DNA from: Bryobacterales bacterium
GTDB taxonomy: Bacteria; Acidobacteriota; Terriglobia; Bryobacterales; UBA6623
Direction of reading: 5' to 3'
DNA: 64,000 nt
Assembly (NCBI GenBank): GCA_963422375.2
Contig: CAXXKD010000001.1
Span: 128,001-192,000 of the forward strand
Of this stretch, positions 32,051 through 41,085 are shown one piece after another; positions within the stretch are counted from its first letter, which is position 1; the number at the start of each line of letters is the position of its first letter. The notes under the pieces were generated by a model. The model saw nothing but the letters and a program-made list of their open reading frames with translations. It ran no database searches and was not told where the DNA came from. Made by a program: the position numbers and the translations under genes.

Positions 32051-32394
32051 CAGTTTCCCCGCTGTTCTGATCCGGCCGACTGCCATCGGCACCGACCGCC
32101 AACACAATCCTCGCGATAGCTCTTCATCCGTTGAACGCTGTCATGGACAGCTACCGCCTACAGTGTAACCCCCCGGTGCCGCCGGACCTGACCGACCGCG
32201 CACGGGGATTGCCCTGTCCAGGATACCAAGGAGAGCGCAGCGGAAGTTGCGCGCCGCAGACCGGTCTGTACTATAGTGCTGACCAGCACGTCTTGAGTCG
32301 TCAGCCTCGCTCCTGGCCGTTCGCGGGAGCGGGTTGCTGGCATGCTCCCCGGCCGCGGCCGGCAAAGGGCGTCTGCATCCGAGCGGCACCTACC

Positions 32395-33819
32395 ATGCAT
32401 CGGCGCGGGCTACTCAGGACCGCATGGTCAGTAGCGAGCTGCCAGTGCCTCGGGCGCATGGCGGCGGCAGGTGCGGAGACCGGCATTTCGCTGGACCGCT
32501 TCGGGGGCTGGACCGCCAGAAGATTCGAGGCCACCGGTTTCTTTCGAGTGGAAAAGGACGACCGGTGGTGGCTGGTTACCCCGGATGGTCACGCCTTCCT
32601 CAGCTTTGGCATCAATCACCTCCACCCCGATCTGTGGGGCCAAGACTACAACCGTGCTTCTTGGGAGGCGCGTCTGCGTTTGGACGACCTGTCCGGGCCC
32701 TCGTTTCGCGCAGCGCTGAGAGCTTGGTTCCTCGAGGCCTGTCGCGAGTACGGTTTCAATACGTTAGGCGTCCACGCCTCGCTGTCGATTGCGAACGCTC
32801 CGCGACCGGCCTTGCCTTACATGCAGCCGATTCGATTCGTAAACATCCCGCACTGGGTCGACGAGGTTCCCGACGAGAATTTCGTGGACGTATTCGGTGA
32901 GGAGTTCGCTCTCCATTGCGATGGGCTGGCTCGCGACCTAGCCGCGCCCGCGCGCACCGATCCATTCCTTCTCGGCTATGCCATGAGCGACTGCCCGTTG
33001 TTCACGGAGGAAGATTGCCGCGAACGCCCCGACGTCATAGGAGGGGCCCGGCGCAAGGCGCGAGTCGGCTGGCCGCGGCGGCTGCGGAACCTCGGAGAGG
33101 GCAGTCCTGGAAAGATTGCCTATGTCGAAACAATGAAGCTCCTGTATCGGGACGATATCTGCAGGTTCAACGCGACCTACGGTACTCGCTTCGGATCGTT
33201 CGATGCACTCGTGGCAGCCAAGCAGTGGCGCCTGCGAACTGATTTGTCCAACGGCAACGAGACCCGGGACAACGTCGAGTTTCTTAAGAGGGTCGTGGCT
33301 CGGTATTATCGGACGGCCCGCGACGCCATCCACCGGCACGATCCGAATCATCTATTCTTCGGCGACAAGATCAATGCCAATACGGACACACTCGACACCG
33401 TGCTGCCAGTGACCAGCCAGTTCACCGACGTCGTTTTCTATCAAATGTACGCCCGGTACGAGGTGCAGAAGCCCGGTCTCGACCGCTGGTCCGACAGTGT
33501 CGACAAGCCGTTCCTGAACGGCGACTCCGCGTTCACCATGATCACGGAGCAGATGCCGCGGCCTTACGGGCCCGTGGCCGACAGCGTGGAGCAGCGAGCC
33601 GAGTGGACCGAGGAGTTTTTCCGGAGCGCTTTCGCCCGTCCGGACTTCGTCGGCTGGCACTATTGCGGCCTGATCGACGCGCCGAACCAGATCGCGCGCA
33701 AGCAGGCGCGCCAGCATTCCGGACTGCTGGACGGTCATGGAAACCCGTATCCAGCGCTCAAGCAGGCAGTCGTGCGCTGCGCCTCCGACATGTACCGCAT
33801 TGCGCTGGGAAATGCGTGA
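32395..33819 (+). CDS. Tat-exported agarase-like glycoside hydrolase
   Basis: MHRRGLL Tat-like signal; ATGFFRVEK..RWWLVTPDG..FLSFGINH, DPFLLGY, DPNHLFFG and FVGWHY, resembling beta-agarase-like (GH50-like) proteins. Confidence 0.7.
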   Translation: MHRRGLLRTAWSVASCQCLGRMAAAGAETGISLDRFGGWTARRFEATGFFRVEKDDRWWLVTPDGHAFLSFGINHLHPDLWGQDYNRASWEARLRLDDLSGPSFRAALRAWFLEACREYGFNTLGVHASLSIANAPRPALPYMQPIRFVNIPHWVDEVPDENFVDVFGEEFALHCDGLARDLAAPARTDPFLLGYAMSDCPLFTEEDCRERPDVIGGARRKARVGWPRRLRNLGEGSPGKIAYVETMKLLYRDDICRFNATYGTRFGSFDALVAAKQWRLRTDLSNGNETRDNVEFLKRVVARYYRTARDAIHRHDPNHLFFGDKINANTDTLDTVLPVTSQFTDVVFYQMYARYEVQKPGLDRWSDSVDKPFLNGDSAFTMITEQMPRPYGPVADSVEQRAEWTEEFFRSAFARPDFVGWHYCGLIDAPNQIARKQARQHSGLLDGHGNPYPALKQAVVRCASDMYRIALGNA

Positions 33820-34039
33820 AGCGCTGCTCTGCTGCCAAGCAGCCGCGGCCCGCGACGAGCGCCGCGAAGCCGCAAGGCTCGATTCATTCAGCCTCGGGCC
33901 CGTGGAGAGGGGCCGGAGCACAGCTATTCAAGTGCGTTGCGGTCCTTCCGTGCTTCGATTTTGGCGGTGTCTATGTCCGGCACGTTGAGGAGGTCGTCCA
34001 TTGACCGGAGGGGAGTGCTTGGCTAGGTAGTCGGCTAGC

Positions 34040-34530
34040 CGTGATTTTTCAACGGGTTGTCCAGGCGGTCCCGGCCGACGCAACGGAAGGTGCGCACCCA
34101 ACAGTCTTCCGCAGGGGAGCCCGAATGGACATCCATAGGCATGCCCGGTGGACCCCGCAGAGTCGAGTCGGCGTCGTCCGACGGGTGGTCGCGCAGGGGC
34201 AGACCCCGCCCGCTTTGGGCTCCTACTGCCGCCTCGGCAGCCCCGTCCGGTGCATCCTCACTGACCACGGCGGATGCTACTGTGCCGCGACCGGAGCCCC
34301 TCTTCACCAAGCCCTGCACGCCACAGACCAACGGCTAGGCCGGGCGCTGTCTCCAGACCGCGCTGTGCGCGGGGGACTGCGCCTGCGCCTAGGACACCTC
34401 GGACCAGCCACCGGCCCCTCCCAATCTTGATTCCACCGCTACAGTGGGCAGCGGCCGCACGCCAGTCTCCTAGCTAGGCCGCCCAGCAGCAGACTCCGCC
34501 TGGCCGGGGACAACCTGTTGAGGTGCCACA
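34040..34530 (+). mobile_element. Internally deleted IS481-family element
   Basis: Ends CGTGATTTTTCAACGGGTTGTCC / GGACAACCTGTTGAGGTGCCACA flanked by GCTAGC / CCTAGC; remnants MDIHRHARWTP and ILTDHG..TKPCTPQTNG. Confidence 0.8.
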
Positions 34531-34617
34531 CCTAGCATCAGCAGCTTTTTGTCCCTGGCCTTGACGCCCAAGCCGGCCATCTTGGTCGGCGTCGCCGCCC
34601 AGCCGTTCTTGCCCTAG

Positions 34618-35069
34618 GGCCTGTTAACGCTACCGCAGCGCATCGACGATGAGCACGAAGACGAGGCAGCCGAGGAAGATGACGTCGCGTTTCTCGAAAC
34701 GCGAGAAGATACGGCGGAAGCCCTTGAGGCGTCGGAAGAGACGCTCGACTTCGTTGCGCCGCTTGTACGGTTCCCTGGCGTACTCCCAAGGTTCGACGCG
34801 GTTGCGTTGCGGCGGAACCACGGGCACGCAGCCCAGATCGAGGACCAGTTGACGGGTGGCGTTGTCCGCGTATGCCCGCTCCATGATCAGCGCCGGGCTG
34901 TGCGCGGGCTGCGGCAGCGTGTTCAGGAGCTTGCGGCCCTCCGGGGCGTCCTGGGCGTTGCCCGGGGAGAGCGTGCAGGCCACTGCCGTGCGAGCGTCCG
35001 CGGCAACCCTATGCATCTTGGGGTGCCATCCGCCGCGGGACTTGCCGATGGCTTGCGGACCGTTTTTTA
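34618..35069 (-). mobile_element. IS5-family element, C-terminal (orfB) half only
   Basis: KNGPQAIGKSRGGW.PKMH...YKRRNEVERLFRRLKGFRRIFSRFEK; end GGCCTGTTAAC next to CTAG; stop at 34630. Confidence 0.85.
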
Positions 35070-36599
35070 GGGAATTATATATCTGAGTGCCGAGGGAATC
35101 AAGTCGGCAAATTATCAAGCCATAATAAGATTTCATATTTCTTCCGACTTTCCGTTGATATTCTGTGGTGTTTATTGGTAGAATAGTTCCAGTAGTGGAT
35201 ACCGTAAATGAAGAAACAAGGTCCCGGAAAGTGGTTCCGTAAAGGCATCACATTGATCGAAGTGATCGCCATGTTCCCCGATGACGAATCCGCGGAAAGA
35301 TGGTTCGCTGCCATGCGCTGGCCGGACGGCCACGCGTGCCCCCACTGCCGCGGATCCAGCGTGCAGTCCGGCGCGGCCCACCCTTCGATGCCGTACCGTT
35401 GCCGCGGCTGCGGCAAGCGCTTTTCGGTGCGCACCGGCAGCGTGATGGCCGACACCAAGCTCGGCTACCGCACCCGGGCCGTCGCCCTGTTCCTGCTGGC
35501 CACCGGCATTAAGGGCGTCTCGAGCATGAAGCTGCACCGCGATCCGGGCATCAGCCGGAAGTCGGCCTGGCACCTGGCGCACCGCATCCGCGCGTGCTGG
35601 GAGCGCGCACAGGGCCTGTTCGCCGGCCCGGTGGAGGTGGACGAGACCTACGTCGGCGGCAAGGAGCGCAACAAGAAGGAGCGCAACCAGCACGAGAGCA
35701 AGAAGGCCCGCGCCGGGCGCGGGCCCGTCGGCAAGACCCCGGTGGCGGGGGCGCGGGACCGCGCCACGAACGCAGTGGCCGCGCGGCCGCTGCCGGGCAC
35801 CGCCGAGGGCGACCTGCAGGGCTTCGTGCGCGGCCGGGTCGCGCCGGGCGCGCAGCTCCGCTCCGACGAGGCGGCGGCCTGCGCCGGCATGGCGGAGTTC
35901 GCGCACGAAGCCGTCCAGCATTCCGGCGGCGAGTACGTGCGCGGGGCGGCGCATACGAACGGCATCGAGTCGTTTTGGTCCCTGTTCAAGCGCGGCCTCT
36001 ACGGAACCTATCACCGGATGAGCGTCCGTCATCCGGGTCGCTACCTCACGGAGTTCGCGGGACGGTGCAACGACCGCGACTGCGACACGGCGGAACGGAT
36101 GCGGCGCATGGCGCGGGGCCTGGTCGGCCGGACGCTGACCTACCGGCAGCTGACCGGCAAGGCCGCGGTCGCGGCCCGAGCGGCGCCCTCCGAGCTGAGC
36201 GCCGCAGCCCGCTGCCGACGCACTCTTCACGCTCGATGCGCTTCACGCTCGGTGCGAGGGGCGCGCCGGATCTGGAATCCCCCGGCGCGACCCGAGTCCG
36301 GCCCGGACCATCCATGCAGGCCGTCGAGCGCCGGGGATCCGCTGTCTTCGGCCCTCGGAGGGCACGCAAGCGGCTTGCAAGGGGTGCCCTCCACCGCAAA
36401 CCGGATTCCACCGGGCATGCGAGGGGGCCTCTCTTATCCGTGCCTCGTCCATTCCGCTGGCAGGTTCGATTCAGATACGATCCCACCTTTCCGTGCCTAC
36501 CGCGGCTGCATTCGAATGACCCGAGCCAGATGCCGACCTCCCTGCTCAGAGCAGTTCTAGTCGGACATGGCGTTGTCGGCACTCAGATATATAATTCCC
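35070..36599 (+). mobile_element. IS1595-family element, copy 2 (both TIRs present)
   Basis: 24-bp TIRs GGGAATTATATATCTGAGTGCCGA / TCGGCACTCAGATATATAATTCCC; TTTTTTA on both flanks. Confidence 0.95.
35208..36179 (+). CDS. IS1595 transposase (probable ancestral stop at 36177 now CGA, so the ORF reads through to 36560)
   Basis: CPHC/CRGC zinc ribbon, HTH, DETY / DE / NGIES; copy 3 has TGA at the homologous site (44775). Confidence 0.85.
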
Positions 36600-36607
36600 T
36601 TTTTTAA

Positions 36608-37030
36608 TTGAATGGCGGCAACATCCGCGGGGACACCGCTGCGGGAGTTGCCTTGCGCCCCAATCTCACAGGTGCGTCATTCAAGTCCTCCAGCCAAGGC
36701 CAAGCCTCGACGGCCGGCGTGATCGGATTCGACTGGCTCAACGAAGATGCCTTCGAGACTCCGGCACCATTCACTCTGGGGAACGCGGGACGGACTCTCC
36801 TGGGAATTCGAGGACCGGCCCGAGTCAACTTCGACGTGATGCTAGCGAAGAACTTCCGCTGGGGCGAGGGATGGCGGGCGCGCTTCAGCGTGGAAGCCTA
36901 CGACTTCACCAACACGTCTGCGTTCAACATCCCGAATATCACGCTGGACAGTGGGAGCTTCGGGATTGTATCCGGCACGCTGCCCAGCAGTCGCAGAATC
37001 ATGCAGATGGGGCTGCAGATTACCTTCTAG
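36608..37030 (+). pseudogene. 3'-terminal fragment of a TBDT1 paralog
   Basis: NGG..GD..AG..LRPNLTGA.FKS...FTLGNA.R.L.GIRGPA...FDVMLAKNF.WG aligns with the TBDT1 C-terminus; begins right after the IS end. Confidence 0.85.
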
Positions 37031-37174
37031 CAAGTGTCAGCTCAAGCCGATTCTCTCTTGGCGGCTGGGACCGACGAGACTCGTCTGTTCCGGCCGCCTT
37101 TCTCAACCAAGCGGCCCGGCGGCGTCGTGGTCGCGAGACGCGTCTTGGGCCCTGCCCTCATCTGGTCGGCAGCG

Positions 37175-37439
37175 AGCTAGTGCCCGTGACAAAACTCGTA
37201 TCACCTTGAAAAAAAAGGTGTTAGATCCAATCTGTCAAGGCGAAGATTTCGCTGGAATGCTACGACTAGTCCGAAATCCTGGCGATTCTGCGTAGAGGGC
37301 GGAAATCTTCGCGATTGGCGGCTGAGCAACTTCCGACCTTGGGCCTTATATGTTGTGTTGGGAGCTTCAACTGACCTCAGGATGTAGTATGAAATGCTGA
37401 TCGGGCCAGAATTCAGGGGTTTTGTCACAAGCACGAGCT
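37175..37439. mobile_element. MITE-like TIR-bounded module
   Basis: AGCTAGTGCCCGTGACAAAAC (37175) and GTTTTGTCACAAGCACGAGCT (37419) are inverted repeats with 18/21 matches; no credible ORF inside. Confidence 0.55.
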
Positions 37440-38008
37440 AAGAGCGCTGTCGGTGTTCCCGAGGGCGCCCGCGTTCCGCATTCCTTGATCGCTCGAGCCT
37501 CGGTGCCGGGCCCGACCCGGGCTAGGCGGTAGATTCGCGCCGACTGTACTCCCCCCGCCTCACCGGCCTGCAACTCCCGAAGGACGGCCGCAGCCAGCGC
37601 GGTCGGAGGCATGGGAGGCTGCTCGGTTGAGGTATGCGCGGATTCGGGTCACGTCCCGAACGCGAGCGACGGTGCAGCCCAAGCCGGAACGGGCGTTGCC
37701 CGCGGAGGCTGGCCGAGGCGTCCTAATGCCGGACGTCCCCTTCCCCGACCTTGGCGGCGATGAATCCGCTGCGGCTGCCCTGCGTCGTCAGCCACGTCCA
37801 TTGGACCGCCTTCGGGCCTTCCGCGGCCGGATTGAGGGCCAACTGGACCCGCTTGCAGTGTAGTCGGTCGCTCCGACCGAGGTCGAGAGGGCGCAACCCC
37901 GATCCGGCATTCCCCTACGGCTACATTCTGGTAGAGTAATGTACTAGACAGCACAGCTTATCCCGAATACGGCGCAGGCTGTATGAATGGTGATCGGAAG
38001 GTAATTGG

Positions 38009-40822
38009 ATGACAGAACACGATTCTCCCGGGAACATCGGCCGAGGCCTCGGAGCGGCGGGCCACCTGCTAGCGGCCGGCGCTCTGGCCGCTTGCTTGTT
38101 GGTCATAGTGGTTCAGCCCGCAGGCGCTCAGGAGTGCCTAGAGGCGACGGTGGTCGACCCGTCCGGGGCGGCGGTCGCCAACGCCACGGTGTTGATCGGC
38201 GCGAGCGAGCGGCCGACCGACGATCTCGGAGTTGCAACGTTTTGCGGGCTCGGCGATGGCCCGCACTCGGTGGTCGCCGTCGCCCCGGGCTTGGCGCCGG
38301 CGGAAATCACGGTGACGCAATCGTCTGGTGCCGTGCGGATCCCTCTAGCGCTCGAGACCGTGACCGACCAGATCGTGGTGATCGGAAGTCGCACCGAAGG
38401 TCGCACAGTGCTCGAGTCGGCCGTTCCCGTCGACATAGTCGCCAGCGACGAATTCTCGCAGCAAGGAGACGTCGACGTAGCGAACCAGTTGCGCAACACC
38501 GTGCCGTCGTTCAACGTCAACATGAACCCCATCAGCGACGCCGGCACGATCGTCAGGCCGGCCAGCCTGCGCAATCTTGCTCCCGACCACACGCTCTTGC
38601 TCGTGAATGGCAAGCGTCGCCACCGCGCCGCCGTGATTCACTGGCTCGCCAGCGGGCCTACCGACGGTGCTCAGGGGCCCGACCTCGCGCCGATTCCGTC
38701 AATCGCCATTCAGCGCGCGGAGGTGCTTCGCGACGGCGCGTCCGCGCAGTACGGATCCGACGCCATCGCCGGCGTGCTGAATTTCGTTCTGAAAGACGCG
38801 TCCCAAGGCGGCACCATCCAAGTGACGGCCGGCGGCTACGGGGCGGGCGACGGGCAGAGCCTCACCTTTGCCGGCAATGTCGGCCTGCCGCTCGGGGAGG
38901 GCGGCTTCGCCAACCTGAGTCTCGAGTACGGCAACTCGGACCCCACCGACCGCGCCGTGCAGCGCTACGACGCGACCCAGCTCATTGCCAACGGCAACAC
39001 ACACGTTCGGAGCCCTACGGCCCAGATCTGGGGCCAGCCCCGTATCGACGACGACGTCAAGTTCTTCGGCAATTTCGGCAAGTACGTAGGCGGCACGACC
39101 CAGATCTACGCCCATACGAACTATGCCAGCAAGCACGTCGACGGCGGCTTCTACTTCCGCAATCCACACACGCGAGGCGGCGTCTTCAGCGGCGACGGCG
39201 GGCAGACGCTGCTGGTCGGCGACATGCTCGACGCCCGGGACGGCACCTTGGACGGCTCGGCCGGCTGCCCGACGGTGCGGGTCGGCGGCGGCCGGATCCT
39301 CGATCCGGACAACTACCAGAGCGTGCTCGACGATCCGAACTGCTTCACCTTCCACCAGCCTTTCGCCGGCGCTCCGAACGGGAAGCCGGGCGGCTTCACG
39401 CCGCAGTTTGGCGGTGACTCCCAGGACAGCTCGATCGTGGCCGGCTTGCGCGGCACGTTTGCGCCGAACCTGATCTGGGACGCCAGCCTCAGTCTCGGCA
39501 CCAACTTCATCGACTTCGTCATCTACAACACGGTAAATGCCTCGATGGGCCCGGAGTCCCCGACGGAATTCGATCCCGGCAACTCCAGGCAGCAGGACAC
39601 GAATATCAACTTCGACATCGCCTACGCCGCCTCTGATAACCTGCACCTCGCGACGGGCTTCGAATGGCGGAACGAGGAGTTCACGATCGAGGCCGGCGAG
39701 CCGGCGTCGTGGCAGTTCGGCCCGCTCGCCCCGCAAGGCTTCAGCGCCGCTTCGAACGGATTTCCCGGCTTCAGCCCCGTCGCCGAGGGGAGCTGGGGCC
39801 GCAGCAACTACGCCGTCTACGGAGATATCGAGCTGGGCGGGGCGGACAGCCGCTACACGGTCGGCGGCGCGGTTCGCGCCGAGAGGTTCAGCGATTTCGG
39901 CACGACCGTCAACTACAAGGTCTCGGCCCGCGGCGAACTGACGGACTTCTTTGCGTTGCGCGGCGGCGGCAGCAGCGGCTTCCGTGCGCCGACGCCCGGA
40001 CAGCAGAACGCGTTCAACGTTACTTCGGAATTCAACGCGGACGTCGGAGACATCATTAACAATGGCACGATCCCGTCCATCTCGGAGGTAGCCAAGCTGG
40101 TCGGAGGCCAGGCGCTGAAGCCCGAGAGGTCGCGCAACTACACCGTCGGCTCGGTCGTCGAGAAGGGGCAGTTCAGCCTCACTACCGACTACTTCCATAT
40201 CGACCTATTCGACCGACTGACCATCTCGCAGCGGTTCTCCCTGCGGCCGGAGCAGGTCGACGCGCTCGTGGCCGAGGGCATTACCAGCGCGGCTAACCTC
40301 GGCACGTTCCGCTTCTTCACGAACCAGATCGAGACTTCGACGCAGGGCGTGGACGTGGTGGCGACGTACGCACCCGAATCGCTTGACGGCAAGACCGTGT
40401 TCAGCTTCCTGTGGAATCACACCAAGACAGCAGTCATCAGCCAAGAGTCGGACATCCTGAGCGAACGGGAAATCCACTTGTTCGAGAACGCGTTCCCGGA
40501 GACCCGCTGGAGTTTCACCTTGCGCCAGAACGAACGGCGCTTCCGCGTCATGGCGCGCCTGAACTACTGGGGCGACTTCTACGACAAGGACGACGCCCGC
40601 AACTACGGGAGCGAGTATCTCATCGATCTCGAGCTCACCTACAAGCTGACCGAGTCGTTCTCCCTGTCGGGGGGCGGCCAGAACATCTTGAACAACTACC
40701 CCGAGCAGAACCCAGACGCGTTCATCGGTCTAGGAAACCTCTACCCGCAGACCGCACCGTTCGGCTTCAACGGAGGGTACTACTACATGCGCCTGACCTA
40801 CAACTGGGGTGCCAGCTTCTAG
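38009..40822 (+). CDS. TonB-dependent receptor (TBDT3)
   Basis: DQIVVIGSR TonB-box-like segment, LLLVNGKRRH, EVLRDGASAQYGSDAIAGVLN plug, GFRAPT and PFGFNGGYYY motifs. Confidence 0.93.
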   Translation: MTEHDSPGNIGRGLGAAGHLLAAGALAACLLVIVVQPAGAQECLEATVVDPSGAAVANATVLIGASERPTDDLGVATFCGLGDGPHSVVAVAPGLAPAEITVTQSSGAVRIPLALETVTDQIVVIGSRTEGRTVLESAVPVDIVASDEFSQQGDVDVANQLRNTVPSFNVNMNPISDAGTIVRPASLRNLAPDHTLLLVNGKRRHRAAVIHWLASGPTDGAQGPDLAPIPSIAIQRAEVLRDGASAQYGSDAIAGVLNFVLKDASQGGTIQVTAGGYGAGDGQSLTFAGNVGLPLGEGGFANLSLEYGNSDPTDRAVQRYDATQLIANGNTHVRSPTAQIWGQPRIDDDVKFFGNFGKYVGGTTQIYAHTNYASKHVDGGFYFRNPHTRGGVFSGDGGQTLLVGDMLDARDGTLDGSAGCPTVRVGGGRILDPDNYQSVLDDPNCFTFHQPFAGAPNGKPGGFTPQFGGDSQDSSIVAGLRGTFAPNLIWDASLSLGTNFIDFVIYNTVNASMGPESPTEFDPGNSRQQDTNINFDIAYAASDNLHLATGFEWRNEEFTIEAGEPASWQFGPLAPQGFSAASNGFPGFSPVAEGSWGRSNYAVYGDIELGGADSRYTVGGAVRAERFSDFGTTVNYKVSARGELTDFFALRGGGSSGFRAPTPGQQNAFNVTSEFNADVGDIINNGTIPSISEVAKLVGGQALKPERSRNYTVGSVVEKGQFSLTTDYFHIDLFDRLTISQRFSLRPEQVDALVAEGITSAANLGTFRFFTNQIETSTQGVDVVATYAPESLDGKTVFSFLWNHTKTAVISQESDILSEREIHLFENAFPETRWSFTLRQNERRFRVMARLNYWGDFYDKDDARNYGSEYLIDLELTYKLTESFSLSGGGQNILNNYPEQNPDAFIGLGNLYPQTAPFGFNGGYYYMRLTYNWGASF

Positions 40823-41085
40823 CCCGAATTCGCCGATTGGGGAACCTGATGGCTCGCGAAGCACAGCACGGCAAATGTGTAGGGAATCTGGACGGTCGCA
40901 GTTGGCACCACGAGGTCTGCCGAGACCGGATCACGCCGCTATGCCCTGCAAGAGAGTCACGCCGGTTCCTTCCCGCTCGGCTGGCGCGCAGGTCAGGGAA
41001 TGAGACGTCTCGAGACAGCTTGCCCCGAGGGCAGGTCGCAAGATCGAAAGGGGTAGGAGTTGATCGAAACATCTTCCTAGCTTGA

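Noticed and set aside
36455..36480. tRNA-like GGTTCGATTC motif in the IS right end
   Set aside because: No T-stem or cloverleaf, and the motif is GGCTCGATTC in copies 3 and 4.
36180..36560. Apparent ~125-aa C-terminal domain fused to the IS1595 transposase
   Set aside because: Copy 3 has TGA where the others have CGA, and the intervening frames differ between copies. Read-through after stop loss is the simpler explanation, although all four do end in the same tail frame.
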